Below are positions 62,063 through 64,000 of a stretch of 64,000 nucleotides of DNA, one piece after another; the stretch's first letter is position 1; the number at the start of each line of letters is the position of its first letter. The notes beneath the pieces were generated by a model. It saw only the letters and a list, made by a program, of their open reading frames with translations, was not told where the DNA came from and searched no databases. The DNA comes from Mobula hypostoma. Its lineage: Eukaryota. The position numbers and the translations under genes are program-made. Location: NCBI RefSeq assembly GCF_963921235.1, contig NC_086097.1, positions 14,198,001 through 14,262,000 on the forward strand, written 5' to 3'.

Positions 62063-64000
62063 AATTACTGGTATAAAAATTAAATTGCTTTTATCCATAC
62101 CTATTACTGCATATCTAAAATTTTCTTAAAAATCCTGAAAAAGTGCCTGAATTTTTGACAGAAGGTAAAACATATCTCTTACCTAAAGGAGAAATTACAA
62201 ATGACCCATCAAAATCTCATCCTATTACTTATTTACAAACTATATATAAAATATAGTTTACCTCACAACTCACATCATGTACCTCACAACTAATCACCAC
62301 TCACTCAGACAACCACAGTATACTTACAGAAGAGCAGAAAGGATGCTGTAAGGGTATGAAAGGATGTAAAGAACGACTGATAATAGATTCTGTAATTCTA
62401 AATCAAGCCCGGCGGAAAAGCAGAGATCTTTCATGTTGGTATATTGACTACCAAAAGACATTTGGCTGTCCCACACTCATGGTTAATTGAATTGAATTAA
62501 ATTGAATTGACTTTATTTCTTACAACCTTCACATACATGAAGAGTAAAAATCTCTACATTATGTCTCCGTCTGAATGTGCAATTGCAATTTATAGTAATT
62601 TGTAATAAATAGTATGCACAACAGGACAGTCAATATAGCGTAGAAATGCAAGTGTATCAATGTGAATTAATCAGTCTGATGGCCTGGTGGAAGAAGCTGT
62701 CCTGGAGCCTGTTGGTCCTGGCTTTTATGCTGAGGTACCGTTTCCTGAATGGTAGCAGCTGGAACAGTTTGTGGTTGGGGTGACTCAGGTCCCTAATGAT
62801 CCTTTTTATTCTCCTGTCATTGCAAATTTTCTGAATAGTGAGAAGTGCACATCCACAGATGCGCTGGGCTGTCCGCACCACTCTCTGCAGAGTTCTGCAA
62901 TTGAGGGAAGTACAGTTACCATGCCAGGCAATGATACAGCCAGTCAGGATGCTCTCAATTGTGCCCCTGTAGAAAGTCCTTAGGATTTGGGGAGCCATAC
63001 CAAACTTCTTCAAACATTTGAGGTGAAAGAAGCACTGTTGTGCTTTTCTCACCACACAACTGGTACGTACAGACCAGATGAGATCCTTGGTGATGTGTAT
63101 GCCAAGGAACTTAAAGCTGTTCACCCTCTCAACCGCAGATCCATTGATGTCAATAGGGGTTAGCCCGTCTTCATTTGATCTGTAGTCCACACCCAACTCC
63201 TTTGTTTTTGCAATATTGAGGGAGAGGTTGTTTTCTTGACACCACTGTGTCAGGGTGATGAATTCTTCTTTGTAACTGCCTCATTACTATTTGAAATAAG
63301 GCCAATCAATGTAGTATCATCAGCAATTTAATTCTTCATATATATAAGTTCTTAATATATGTAAACAACACCCAATACTTGTGAAATTCTTGCAACATCT
63401 GATAAAGCATTGGTGTACTGTAATCGCCCAATCTATTAACAACCAAAAAAGAACAACCACTGTTATCAAAATAAACTGAGGCACTTTCTACTATGGTTTT
63501 GTCTAGCTCTAAACCCACTCTCTAATTTACTGAATCAGACAAAAAGTGGGTATCAAATCAGAAAAAATGAAATGAGCTATACCTTAACACACCTTTTATA
63601 CATGGATGATTTAAAATTATATGCTCCTTCATCAGTTAACGTAAAGAAATAATTCAGATAGTAGATCTATTTTCGAAATATGTGAACATGAACTTTGGAC
63701 TGGATAAATGCAGGACATAAAACATAAAGAAAGGTGCAACAGAGCTAATAGAATACAAAACAGAGCAGCAGGATTCAATACAACCGATGGATGAAGGTAA
63801 GTATCTGGGATATCAACAAGGGAAAAAATAGATCTTAGCATGATAAAGAAAGCACTTTTGACAGAATTTACTTCAAGGCTTAAGAAAATCTGCCAAACAG
63901 ATTTCAATGTAAAATATAACAAAGACAGCAACACTTTCGCTATACCTATATTAATGTGTTCTTTTGGCATAATATCTTGGTCTGAAAGCGATCTGGAAAA
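62063..64000 (+). mobile_element. R4/Dong-clade non-LTR retrotransposon RT region (decayed, 5'-truncated, runs off window)
   Basis: Manual translation gives NYWYK..PEKVPEFLTEGKTYLLPKG..NDPSKSHPITYLQTIYKI..ILTEEQKGC..GCKERLIIDSVIL..WYIDYQKTF..VPHSWLIE, then LWFCLALNPLSNLLN..LTHLLYMDDLKLYA (YMDD at 63599-63610)..FGLDKC..SFGIISWS. Confidence 0.85.
62487..63332 (-). mobile_element. Rex1/Babar 3' fragment (same subfamily as 45285-47220) nested in the Dong-like element
   Basis: ORF 62657-63196 is nearly identical to 46502-47056. It has a (TTCAA)n tail. Confidence 0.92.

Noticed and set aside
1..64000. CRISPR arrays, operons or prokaryotic defence systems
   Set aside because: There is no regularly spaced repeat-spacer array or gene-dense coding. 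The recurring repeats are dispersed eukaryotic transposon ends.

Overview
This window is eukaryotic, repeat-dense, intergenic or intronic DNA. The repeat repertoire (CR1, Rex1/Babar, V-SINE/HE1-like, Penelope, RTE) points to a vertebrate, most likely a cartilaginous fish such as a ray; this is inference only. I recognise no host protein-coding gene, rRNA, tRNA gene or CRISPR array, and most ORFs in the track are transposon remnants or noise. Transposable elements I can read directly include many CR1 and Rex1/Babar LINE fragments, a 5'-truncated HERO (R2-like) element with an open restriction-like endonuclease frame, and an AT-rich R4/Dong-type RT whose 5' junction sits on a (TAA)n tract. There are also two Penelope lineages, RTE-derived short elements, tRNA-SINEs, two solo LTRs with 4-bp TSDs, and hAT and Tc1 MITEs. 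The most interesting layer is RNA structure. Minimal hammerhead ribozyme motifs occur in the Penelope terminal repeats, sometimes on both strands of small fold-back elements. HDV-like double-pseudoknot folds occur at the exact 5' ends of two different RTE-derived short elements, and their helices co-vary between the two families. Boundaries without a stated TSD are approximate.
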